A stretch of 64,000 nt of DNA from Candidatus Heimdallarchaeota archaeon (GTDB lineage Archaea > Asgardarchaeota > Heimdallarchaeia > JABLTI01): positions 128,001 to 192,000 of the forward strand of contig JAHLVW010000062.1 of NCBI GenBank assembly GCA_019058275.1. Reading direction: 5' to 3'. Both the position numbers and the translations under genes were made by a program. Under the pieces are notes generated by a model. The model searched no databases, was not told the origin of the DNA, and was given only the letters and a program-made list of their open reading frames with translations. Below are positions 54,303 through 64,000 of this stretch, piece after piece. Within the stretch, counting starts at the first letter, position 1. The number at the start of each line of letters is the position of its first letter.

Positions 54303-55262
54303 GTGATGTTTTTGAACAAGAAAACTATTTTGATGTTGACCAATTTATTTGTTATTATTTTATTTGCAAATCATGCTTTATCTATTCAAGCAGCTTCCCT
54401 TAATATTGCAGCAGGTGATGAATATTTATGGGGTGAGCTTTCCAAGGTAATACTATTAGAAACTGATCCAGATACTGGACTTACTTCCACCTTCACTGTT
54501 ATGGTCGAAAAGGATTGGAATTTGGAAATAACCGATTTAAGAGTTTCTCAAAAAGAATATACCGGAAAATGGACAGATGGGACAGGTTTTGAAGCTGTTA
54601 CAGATCATGATTATGACTGGAGAGAACTTGGCTACAATTTCTTAGCAGAAGATCTGTTTTGGGCAGATTATGAATGGGATGATGATATAAATACCACAGT
54701 TCTAGTTAGTTTTGATTTCGATTATGAACCAGTATATTTGATTGAACCAGAATGGTCTGATATAAATCCTAGCATGAAGAGCATGTTCAATCTTTCACAT
54801 ATCTTAGACACTGTTGTTTATCCTGACAATACAAGTATAATCTATGAATTTACTTTGGGAAGTTTTCTTAATGATACATCCTTCAGTATTATGGGAAAGG
54901 ATACAGTTGATAAAGCCAAAAAGCAATTTAATTATAGCAATAAAAAGTGGACATTTCTGTTTGATCTCTCAGGAATTATGCTTGATGTATATTTTGATGG
55001 AACAGAAATTGTAAAAAAATATTTTGATTCTTATGTCCAAACCTTTGAATTTGAATATTCAACTAATGGAGTATTGCAATCAATAACAAAAGAAGTTGAA
55101 TCACTTTCAATTCAGGGTGATATTAAAGTGGAAACTATTGTTGGTTATTATTTTGCTATTGGTGGAGCAAAATCAGTTAATGCGAACTTTGATACAATCG
55201 CAGCTTTAACAGGTTTATTCACAATAAGTTTAGTTTTTGTTATAATTAGAAAAAGAAGGTAG
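54303..55262 (+). CDS. Acidic secreted surface protein, array member 4
   Basis: Paralog; signal peptide and anchor closest to member 3; same GGAAATTCTTATATGA motif at 54258-54273. Confidence 0.8.
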   Translation: MMFLNKKTILMLTNLFVIILFANHALSIQAASLNIAAGDEYLWGELSKVILLETDPDTGLTSTFTVMVEKDWNLEITDLRVSQKEYTGKWTDGTGFEAVTDHDYDWRELGYNFLAEDLFWADYEWDDDINTTVLVSFDFDYEPVYLIEPEWSDINPSMKSMFNLSHILDTVVYPDNTSIIYEFTLGSFLNDTSFSIMGKDTVDKAKKQFNYSNKKWTFLFDLSGIMLDVYFDGTEIVKKYFDSYVQTFEFEYSTNGVLQSITKEVESLSIQGDIKVETIVGYYFAIGGAKSVNANFDTIAALTGLFTISLVFVIIRKRR

Positions 55263-55400
55263 TTTTCCACCTTTTTTCTGTTTTCTTTTGCCTTAATCTT
55301 AATTAATTTATAACTTGCAAATGATAATTTCATTGATGATTGGTTTGCTAATAATTGTCTTTAACGGGATTCGAATCATTTGCAAGTTTAGAAGAGGAAA

Positions 55401-58400
55401 TTGATTATGTTTTCTAGTTTTAAATCAAAAATTATAATTTTATTAATCCTAGCTACCCCCCTAATATCCTTTAGTTTTAATAACTATGGATCTGATTCTC
55501 CTATCACGCAAACCAATTTTCATAATTCAGACTTAACCAATATTTTGGACACTACATCTAATGAAATTAATGGTTTGCTTTGGAATTCAGTTTCTGGATT
55601 AACAGGTGATATAACAACTCCGTTGGTACTTGACTATACAAATACAAGTGAATTAAAGGAAAGTGTCTATATTGGATTTGAAATAAGCTTAACGAAAATC
55701 GATATTGAAACAGGTTTGATTGACTGGATTCATGCAACACCTGGTACGATTCTAAGTATAATACCAAATTGATGATGGAATTAATGATGTGTTTATAACA
55801 GTTGATAATCAATTATTCAACAATACACTAATGATAGATGGTTCAACCAGTGAAACCATATGATCTTTCAGACCACAAGAAGAAGTATGGGATGAAGGAA
55901 TTGGTTACACAAACGAAGAAACACGTTCATGGTCTGGTTTACAGATAGATGACATAGATGATGACAACTTGGATGATGTCTTAGTATCTTCTTATAAAAC
56001 AGTCTTTGCTTTGAGCTCTGTAGATGGTTCATTACTTTGGAAATTTAGTGCAACTAATTACGTCTGGTCCACAGAATTGATAGATGATGTAAATTCAGAT
56101 GGAATAGATGAAATCGCTATAGGTAGTCAAGATGGTGAATTGATACTACTTGATGGATTAGAAGGTTCAGATATTTGGTCTATTCAAGCTTCAGAACCAG
56201 CAAAAGTTGTTGATGCACAAGATATTGAGTATGTTTATGATAGAAGTGTTTTCGATGTCAAAAAATGCATTGACATGAGCAATGATGATTACAATGATAT
56301 CCTTATTACTGATGAAAATGGTTATTGCGCTGTTTTTAGTGTTACAGATGGTCAATTAATTGATCGAGTCAAAGCCTATAGTAGTTCAGGTGGGATAAGT
56401 AATCAAGCATCATTTGGCGATGATAGTTTTTATAATTTAATCAGCATGGAAACTGACACAAATTATGCTTCTCCAAAGATATTGGTAGCAGGACGTTCAA
56501 CTTCTTCAATCGGAAACAGTTCACTTCATTTATTATCATTGAATCAAAATAACATTGGTGTAGATTGGGGAATATATTCGCTAGATATGGAAAATATTAG
56601 ATCAATTGCTACCTGTGTTACCTCAGATCTAACAGTTGATTATACAAAAATGATTATACCATTAGGTGAATCTGGAAGCTCAAATTTCAATAAAACTTTG
56701 GGAGTATATTCAGTAGAAAATCGATCACAAATCGCTGAATGGTATATATCTGTATTTTCTGAAAAAAATGATTTCGAGTTAAATTTTGGTGATTCCAAAT
56801 CAGATAACTACCCATTTAGAGGAAATTATGTTTCTTTTGTAAATGATTATTCAGGTTCTAATGAATCAGAAGTGTTGGTCTTTTTCCAAGGCAATGGTCT
56901 GTTTCTGTTAGATGGTGATACCGGTGATATAATTTGGAGACAATCATTAACAACAAATACCAAAATTGAACCCTTTTATGATGTTAATAATGATTCAACA
57001 ATTGATATCTTGAGTAAAGATGCCTTCTTCCCAGACAATTATCTAGCAAATAGATTTTACATTCAAAAAATATATATGATTGATGGTACCTCAGGTGAAC
57101 TATTGTGGAAACACGAGATTCCTTATGAGGATCAAAAATACACTAATGGTGGTTATCTATAAGGCATAACAACAGATAATGCTACCAATGATAGTATACC
57201 TGATTTATTATTAGTACAACAAGAAGCGTCCTCATTTGAAGCAAGTTTACAAAATTACTCAAAAGTTAAATTAATTGATGGTGCTAATGGAACAATTATA
57301 TGGGTAGCACTTCCTACTGATCCATCATGGGTTTATTCAAAGGAGCAAATGAGAATCAATACAGTAACTACAATCGATGATCAAGATGCAGATAACATAT
57401 CAGATGTTTTGATTTCATGTCAGCGTAGTTTCATTTATTGTAGGAGTGGAGCTACTGGTGAGTATTTATGGAATATTACTCGAGAAGGTTCATTTTTAGA
57501 TCCCAGTCATCGTGATTGATTCCCTGGAATTCAAAAATTTGTTAATGTTGGTAATATACTGGGAAATTATACTGATGATTATGTTTGTGTATGGGATGGT
57601 AGAGTACAGCTAATTGATTCTGATGATTTCTACACTGTTCATTGGGAATGGTTTAATCCATTTGGATAGTTAGATGAACAATATTTCAAAATTCATATAA
57701 ATGAAGCGGAAAATGAAACATTTGTTGTTCTATCTACAAATAAGAATGATAAACAATATACTACCTTTATTAATTTACAAGATAGAACAGTTGAAGCTGA
57801 GATACCTGGAGACTTACCTCAGTGGGACATGCAGTTATTTATTGATGATTTCAATAATGATGATGTTCGTGATCACTTAATGTTTAGACCCTGGGGTAAT
57901 GATGACTTATCAGAATGGGTCTATATTATTTCTGGCTCAGATGGAAGTATAATAAGCTATTATTCTCCATATAAACCAAATTTTGATTACAACTTTTGGG
58001 TTGTAGATCAACTATTCAGAATTGGTATGGACAGTTTTGTTGATATTATAGAAGATCAAAATGGAGATAATGTTCTAGAATTAATAGTTAGTTGGTCTGT
58101 TGGACAACATAGTGAAGAAGAAGATGCTCAAGGAATGGTTGTTGAGCTTCTTGATATGACGAAAACTCAAGCTGAAATTATTCACTATTATAATTTTGTC
58201 AAAGTTAAGAAAGAAGAATGGGTAAAACCATCATCTATTCCATCACTATACACAAAAAACCTTGGTGATGTGACTGGTGATGGAAATCCTGATATTCTTG
58301 TTACTTTGATAGAACCTCTAGGTGAAATTGTTTCTATTATCCTTGATATTTCTGAAGACGAAGGAATTTGGAAAGAGATATCATCAACAATTTTTTCATC

Positions 58401-58875
58401 GATTACACCACAGGACCTTGATGGTTTACTAGCAGATAATTTTGTTTATACAGACATGTATGGAAGAATTAGAGCAGTAGATAGTTTCTATACAGTTGCA
58501 ATCGAATATTTTGATGCAGTAAGAGAAGGAACAGGCAAATACTTAATCCAATGGGAAAGTGACGCAGAGAATGTAATCACAACCATTCTTGTAGATGGTG
58601 AAATGGTATCTACAGTATTTGATTCAGAAGCTGAAATTTATCTTAGCAATGGTAATCATTCAATAAGTGTAGCCATAAAAGATAGCAACGGTATAAGTGC
58701 TTTTGCAAATATGGATGTAACCATCGAAAAGGTTGGTGGAGTATTCATTATTTGGATTGTAATTATTGTAGTAATTATCTCCTTTATTGGAGTTAAGTTA
58801 TTCTTTAGATTTAAACGGAAAGAGGACCTGACTGATTTCGGTCCTGATCTAAGTGAAAAAGATGATTTTGTATGA
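55401..58875 (+). pseudogene. Very large secreted PQQ/FG-GAP beta-propeller protein with TM anchor, disrupted
   Basis: DVNSDGIDEIAIGS and IDGTSGELLW repeats; frameshift about 55770, stops TGA 55861, TAA 57160, TGA about 57517, TAG about 57667. Confidence 0.7.
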
Positions 58876-59963
58876 CCAGTTTTGAAGCACATCCAATAGA
58901 CTCATCAGCTGTAGAAGAAGAAATTGTAAAGAAAGAAGTTTTAGCAATTCAAACTATTGGTTTAAAGAAATACTTTGGCAGAGGATATAATCTAGTTAAA
59001 GGAGTTGATGGAATAAACATAGAAGTTAAGGAAGGAGAAGTTCATGGATTTCTAGGTCCTAATGGAGCTGGTAAGACCACTACAATGCTTATGTTAGCTA
59101 GTACAATTAGACCAACAGCAGGTAAAGCATATGTATTTGGAAAAGCTGTTGGAACACCAGCAGCAAACAAACTTATGGGAGTTGCTATAGCAAACCCACG
59201 TTTTTGGAAGACAATGACTGCTTACAAATATCTTGTTTTTATGGGTCAACTTGCTGGTCTTCAAAAAACATTATCTAAAGAACGTGCAAAGGAATTCATG
59301 CACATATTGGAGATAACTAAACATGTTCATCGATTACCAGTTTCATTTTCAACAAGCATGAAAGCGAAACTTGCGGTAGCTCAGGCACCTATGCATCATC
59401 AAAAATTAGCAATACTTGATGAAAGTACTGCTGGCTTAAATCCAGAATCAAGATTTAAACTAGTCAATACTATAAAAGAACTAGCTCAAACTTTAGGAAC
59501 AAGTATTTTTGTTAGTGGTCATATTCTTACAGAAATCGAGAAGTTAGTTTCTCGAGTATCGATCATTGTAAAGGGTAAGATAGGTTTAACTTGTACCTAA
59601 CAAGAAATGAGGAAAGAATTCTCTACAGGACAATTTACCTTGGAATGCACAAATCCAGAAATAGTAATGCAAGATCTGTTTAACTTAGGTGTGACAGGTC
59701 AAATCTTTATGGATCATACTAATGTAATAATCTTTCAAAGTGATTTCATTGATTATGTTTATGCACAATTACCTGAGATATTAAGAAGAAATGGATCAAA
59801 TCTGATAAGATTCTCACCACTTGAGGTTACTCTAGAGGAAGTATTCATAAACGTCATTTCTAAGAGATTCGGTTTTGATTTCTTATATGAAGATGATATT
59901 TTGAGAGAACAACAAACAGAAAAGCGAGGTATATTCAAAAGATTTGCTAGGAGGGTACAATAA
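58872..59963 (+). pseudogene. ABC-2 type exporter ATP-binding protein, disrupted
   Basis: Walker A GPNGAGKTT; eroded signature (FSTSM), D-loop (LDESTAGLNP) and H-loop (SGH); in-frame TAA 59598. Confidence 0.8.
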
Positions 59964-61009
59964 TGACTGATCAACTACAATACGAAGAAAAATCAACAAT
60001 TGTACCAATTGAAATTGGAGATGAGAAAAGCTGAAAAGAGAAAGAAGGTAAACGTTATTTCGGTATGTTTATAATTTAACAAAAGACTTTCATTGATCTT
60101 TTCAGCCTCAAGCGTGTTTTGAGTTATTTGCTTCTTTCATTTCTGTTTTCATTTATACTTGCTATGGTAGTTTCTGATAATTTAGATGGGCAGTTATCTA
60201 GTATAAGCATTGATTATCAAATAGCTACTATAGTTAACTATTTTGCTTTTGCATCTTTCTTTTGGAATACTGGTATCCTTCTATGGATTTACTCTGGATT
60301 AACAGCTTCAAGCTTTATCTTGAGTGAAGAAACTGGCGGAACAATGATTTTCCTGTTAACAAAACCAATTCGAAGAACTACTTTATAGGTAAGTAAATTC
60401 TTAGGATACTTCTTAAACATGGCTATACTGCAATTCTTCTCTTTACTTCTAAGTTTAGCTACGATATGTGGTTTGTTTGGAGTTTCTACTCCTGTGTTTA
60501 CTGCTGGAATGAAATTCTTGGTTCCAATATATCTATTTGCTCTCTTGTTGATCGCTAGCGTTGGTATGATAATGGGATTCCTTTCAATTGTCAACAAAAG
60601 GATTGTAGTAAATGTTCTAGTTTTGATGTTAGTAATCGTAGTAATTTACTTCGTTGGTATTATATTCCGTGTAGCTATTCCAAATTATTATGCCACTTGG
60701 AGATTATACCTAATAGATTTGGGATATAATTTCAGCTTAATGTTTGTGATTTTCTTGAATTTCTTTGGTTTCCAACCAACACCATTCTTCCAACAAAACT
60801 TTGGAATGTTTTTTGGAACATATGTTAGTATGTTTACAGATGTTTCAGAATTTCTTGGTGCAGCGGATCCTGAAAATGGCTTAACTTTCATGCTTCCAGA
60901 AACAGGTTACATAAATCCAATAGTAACTATCATCGTATTAGTAGTAATTACTGCGGTACTTTTTATTTTAGGTTTAATTATTCTAGAGAGAAAAGATGTT
61001 AGTCCTTAG
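59963..61009 (+). pseudogene. ABC-2 type permease, disrupted
   Basis: EETGGTMIFLLTKPIRR..L..SKF motif; in-frame stops TGA 60032, TAA 60077, TAG 60386. Confidence 0.8.
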
Positions 61010-61081
61010 TTGGACATAACTTTTTTATCTCTTTTTTTTATTTGTAATTTAGTTTTAAACAATTACAACTAGGGAATTTTT

Positions 61082-61869
61082 ATGAGTAATAAAAAATCAA
61101 CTAGTTTTATTGGTGATAAGTAATATTTAGACGATTTAACGGCTATGGAATGGTTTAAGAAAAATAAGATACTATCAATTCAACTTTTAGAACCAAAAGA
61201 AGGAAACAAGATTCTTGATGTTGGATGTGGCACTGGTGAGGATGTTTTGGCATTATCTCAAATGGTTGGTGCTGGAGGTAAAGTAGTTGGTATTGATATT
61301 GATGAAAAAATGATTAATGAAGCCAAGAACAAGTCAAAAATGGTTAAAAATGTAGAATTCAGAATAGGTGATGTATATAATTTAGATTTTGAAAATAATA
61401 CATTCCATGGTTGTCGTGCTGATAGAGTATTTCAACATATAAGTGAACTTGAAAAGGCTCTATCTGAAATGGTTAGAGTAGTTAAACCAGGATTTCCAAT
61501 CATTATATTAGATCCTGATTGGGAATCATTGTTAATAGATTCACCAAATGTTGAATTTACAAGAAAATTTCTTAGCTTTCATGCAAGTTCATTTGCTAAT
61601 CCTTGGAGTGGTAGAAGGCTAGCTAATCTTTTCAGAAAACAAAAACTAAAAGATATTCAAGTAATTGCAGATACTTTGATTATTACTAAGTATAAAGAAG
61701 CAGTAATGATATATCTTTTAGAACAATATATTGAGAAAGGTATTGGTGAAAAAGCATTCAATGAATCAGAAGCTGAAGCTTGGAAGAGGTAGTTGATTGA
61801 ACTAAGTAAAAATAACCTATTCTTTAGCTGGTCACCAGTTTTTGCGTTAGTGGATATAAACCTGAATAG
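61082..61869 (+). pseudogene. Class I SAM methyltransferase (UbiE-like), with premature stops
   Basis: ILDVGCGTG, VGIDID, RVVKPG, DPDW; TAA 61121 and TAG 61790 interrupt the frame. Confidence 0.7.
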
Positions 61870-61874
61870 AACAA

Positions 61875-62696
61875 TTAATGTAAAACTAATTCAGTAATAA
61901 GAAATATATCAATAGCGAAAATTACTCCTATGAGAAAGAACATTGGTTTGCCTTTTTTACCTAAAGGAATCATATCACGGATTACAGTAAATAGAACTAA
62001 ACCTAAAGCGAAAGCAAAGACAATGAAGAAAACTACTTCATTGAAAACTAAGAAGACTCCAATTAAAGCTCCTAAAGTTAAATCAACGAAACTTATGATA
62101 CGAAACACTCTTTCTGGTTTTTCTTTTAAATCTCCAATAATTTGCTCTGCAGAAAAAGCTATTGTAAATGCACGGATAGCAAAAGGTATCATTATTATAA
62201 AGGCTACTTCTAAGTTATTCTCATAGAAGACTAATGCAATAAGAATACCTATCATCATACTATGAGTGACTAAAGCTATTGCTTCAAAAACTGCATTGTG
62301 TTCTGGAACGATACAATCAATTTCAGCTAAATTCTTTTTATATTCCACAACAGAATCAAGTGTTTGTTTCTGCTTATCATGTTCATCCTGAGCATGTAAT
62401 TTGATGGATGTTGTTGGATTGTCCTTTAAAATCCGTTTATAGATTATCTTTTCAATTAAAGCAATAATCGTAAATCCTGCAAGCAAAGGAATGTAAAGTC
62501 CTAGAGCTGTTTCATGTCCTACGAAAATTTGTGGTAGAAGTTCTAGAAATAGAATCCCAACCATTAACCCTGCACCTAAACTCTCAAGATGAAAGTGCCA
62601 TTTTCTCATTCGTTCTGATATTTTTTCTCCGATAAAATGGATCAATGTAAGACCTATTGCAACTGAAATTGGAACTATAGTGTTTACAACATCCAA
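61875..62696 (-). CDS. ZIP-like (GufA-type) metal transporter membrane protein
   Basis: GAGLMVGILFLELLP, HSMMIG, GLVLFTVIRDMIP; about 8 TM. Confidence 0.6.
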   Translation of the reverse strand: MDVVNTIVPISVAIGLTLIHFIGEKISERMRKWHFHLESLGAGLMVGILFLELLPQIFVGHETALGLYIPLLAGFTIIALIEKIIYKRILKDNPTTSIKLHAQDEHDKQKQTLDSVVEYKKNLAEIDCIVPEHNAVFEAIALVTHSMMIGILIALVFYENNLEVAFIIMIPFAIRAFTIAFSAEQIIGDLKEKPERVFRIISFVDLTLGALIGVFLVFNEVVFFIVFAFALGLVLFTVIRDMIPLGKKGKPMFFLIGVIFAIDIFLITELVLH

Positions 62697-62960
62697 ATTA
62701 TCATCACCTATTGTAATAATCTACCACACAATATTAGAGTAAATTGGTTTAGATTTTTAAAGATTAAACAAATTATTTCTTAATAAATACATAATACTCT
62801 GAATTTGTCAACAAAACTCTATTAATTTCTCAGAGATAATCATGACAGAAAATAATCAGTGGAGAATTGTAGATGTTTTGTTGGATTTTATTAAATAATT
62901 AAGCATAGTAAAAAATAGAAACTATTATTTATAAGGAAATAAAATAGGACTCGATACAAT

Positions 62961-64000
62961 ATGTCGAAGTATATCGTCAAAGCAACACCTGATTATCTAC
63001 CTCTAAGTTCTTATGAGTTTGTCAGACATTTTTCAAATCTTCTTACAAGAGAAACATATAATCATTGGATAAACTATGACAACTATACTGCAATAATCGG
63101 TTATTCGTGTAGGTCATTATTTGAGATGATTATGGAGTATTTTAGTAGAGATGATTTAGTAGTTGCTACTACACCAATTCACCATACATCATTCAGAAAT
63201 ATAATTGAAAAATATGTTAAACCTGAAAATATTCACATTATAGAGTTGAATAAAAATTACAATGAAATTGATAAAATTCCTGAGATTGAAAAATGTGATT
63301 TGGTTATTATTACACATTTATTTGGCCAAGATATGGATCTCTCTAAATTCTCAAAGTTTAAAGAAAAACATAATTGTCTAATTATTGAGGATCGAGTTCA
63401 AGGAGGTTCACTTGATCTAAAGTTTAGTAATATAATTATAGATATTTCTCTTTATTCAATGGCTATGGATAAAAGACCAATTGCTCTTGGTGGAGGATTC
63501 ATGTATGTTAATAATAAACACGACAAATTAATTGTTGATTTTAAAGGTATTATTAAGAAGTTACCAAGAGAAAAATTAAGTAGAAGGTTTAAAGATTTAC
63601 TGAAGAAAATACCAACATATTTACTTTACAATAGTCGACAATTTTTCTTCACATTTTTTTGTATACTAAAACTGCTAAATTTTTTCAACAGTAAAATAAG
63701 CATTCTGAATATTACTAAATCATATAGAAAAGGTAATCCTGGTTTTGCCCGTGGTGGTTATATGGTTAAACCATCACAAGGATTGTTAAAGTCGATGTTT
63801 GAGAACTTTAACAAGCATAAACAGGCAGAGCAACTATATACTAAAAAGTACGAGTTCTTTATTGAAAATTTATCACCAAAGATAGTTTTAGATATGTTCC
63901 CATGGTATAAAGGCAATACTTCTCTAACACCTTATAATACAATTTTAGTAAATGAGCAGCTAATAGATGAATTTTTAGAATTTCTAAATGATAATAATAT
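62961..64000 (+). CDS. DegT/DnrJ/EryC1/StrS-like PLP-dependent protein, runs off the window
   Basis: Open frame from ATG 62961: SCRSLF, THLFGQ, IIEDRVQG, SMAMDKRPIALGGG. Confidence 0.65.
   Translation, partial: MSKYIVKATPDYLPLSSYEFVRHFSNLLTRETYNHWINYDNYTAIIGYSCRSLFEMIMEYFSRDDLVVATTPIHHTSFRNIIEKYVKPENIHIIELNKNYNEIDKIPEIEKCDLVIITHLFGQDMDLSKFSKFKEKHNCLIIEDRVQGGSLDLKFSNIIIDISLYSMAMDKRPIALGGGFMYVNNKHDKLIVDFKGIIKKLPREKLSRRFKDLLKKIPTYLLYNSRQFFFTFFCILKLLNFFNSKISILNITKSYRKGNPGFARGGYMVKPSQGLLKSMFENFNKHKQAEQLYTKKYEFFIENLSPKIVLDMFPWYKGNTSLTPYNTILVNEQLIDEFLEFLNDNN

Noticed and set aside
1-64000. tRNA/rRNA genes, IS elements, integrases, CRISPR arrays
   Set aside because: No GC-rich structured RNA gene, transposase/integrase motif or repeat-spacer array was visible by eye

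Overview
AT-rich (roughly 30% GC by eye) archaeal chromosomal DNA, most likely an Asgard (Heimdallarchaeia-like) archaeon. The evidence is TPR-longin-like proteins, a DENN/longin-like protein, WD40, HEAT and PLAT domains, tungsten AORs, TATA-box promoters and many secreted proteins with C-terminal TM+basic anchors. No rRNA, tRNA, CRISPR array or transposase was seen. The most striking unannotated signal is a putative small-peptide regulon at about 43.6-51.1 kb. Two paralogous winged-helix regulators are each divergent from tiny ORFs (23-33 aa, five in total, below the ORF-track cutoff) with a basic N-terminus; three share the C-terminal motif R-[MI]-x-F-A-L-x-x-[GD]-[RK]. Three peptide promoters and the promoter of an orphan oligopeptide-binding protein carry the same palindrome TTCTCA-N6(5)-TGAGAA 3-4 nt upstream of the TATA box. 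This architecture recalls bacterial SHP/Rgg peptide signalling (inference). Other notable items: a duplicated cassette of a secreted 'FDPP' protein plus a double-HTH Lrp-like regulator; a Fe-ADH + AOR-SCP2 fusion cluster next to an acyltransferase; a shuffled C-terminal sorting module in three copies; a four-gene tandem array of surface proteins; bacterial-style hairpin terminators; and patchy operon-level pseudogenisation.
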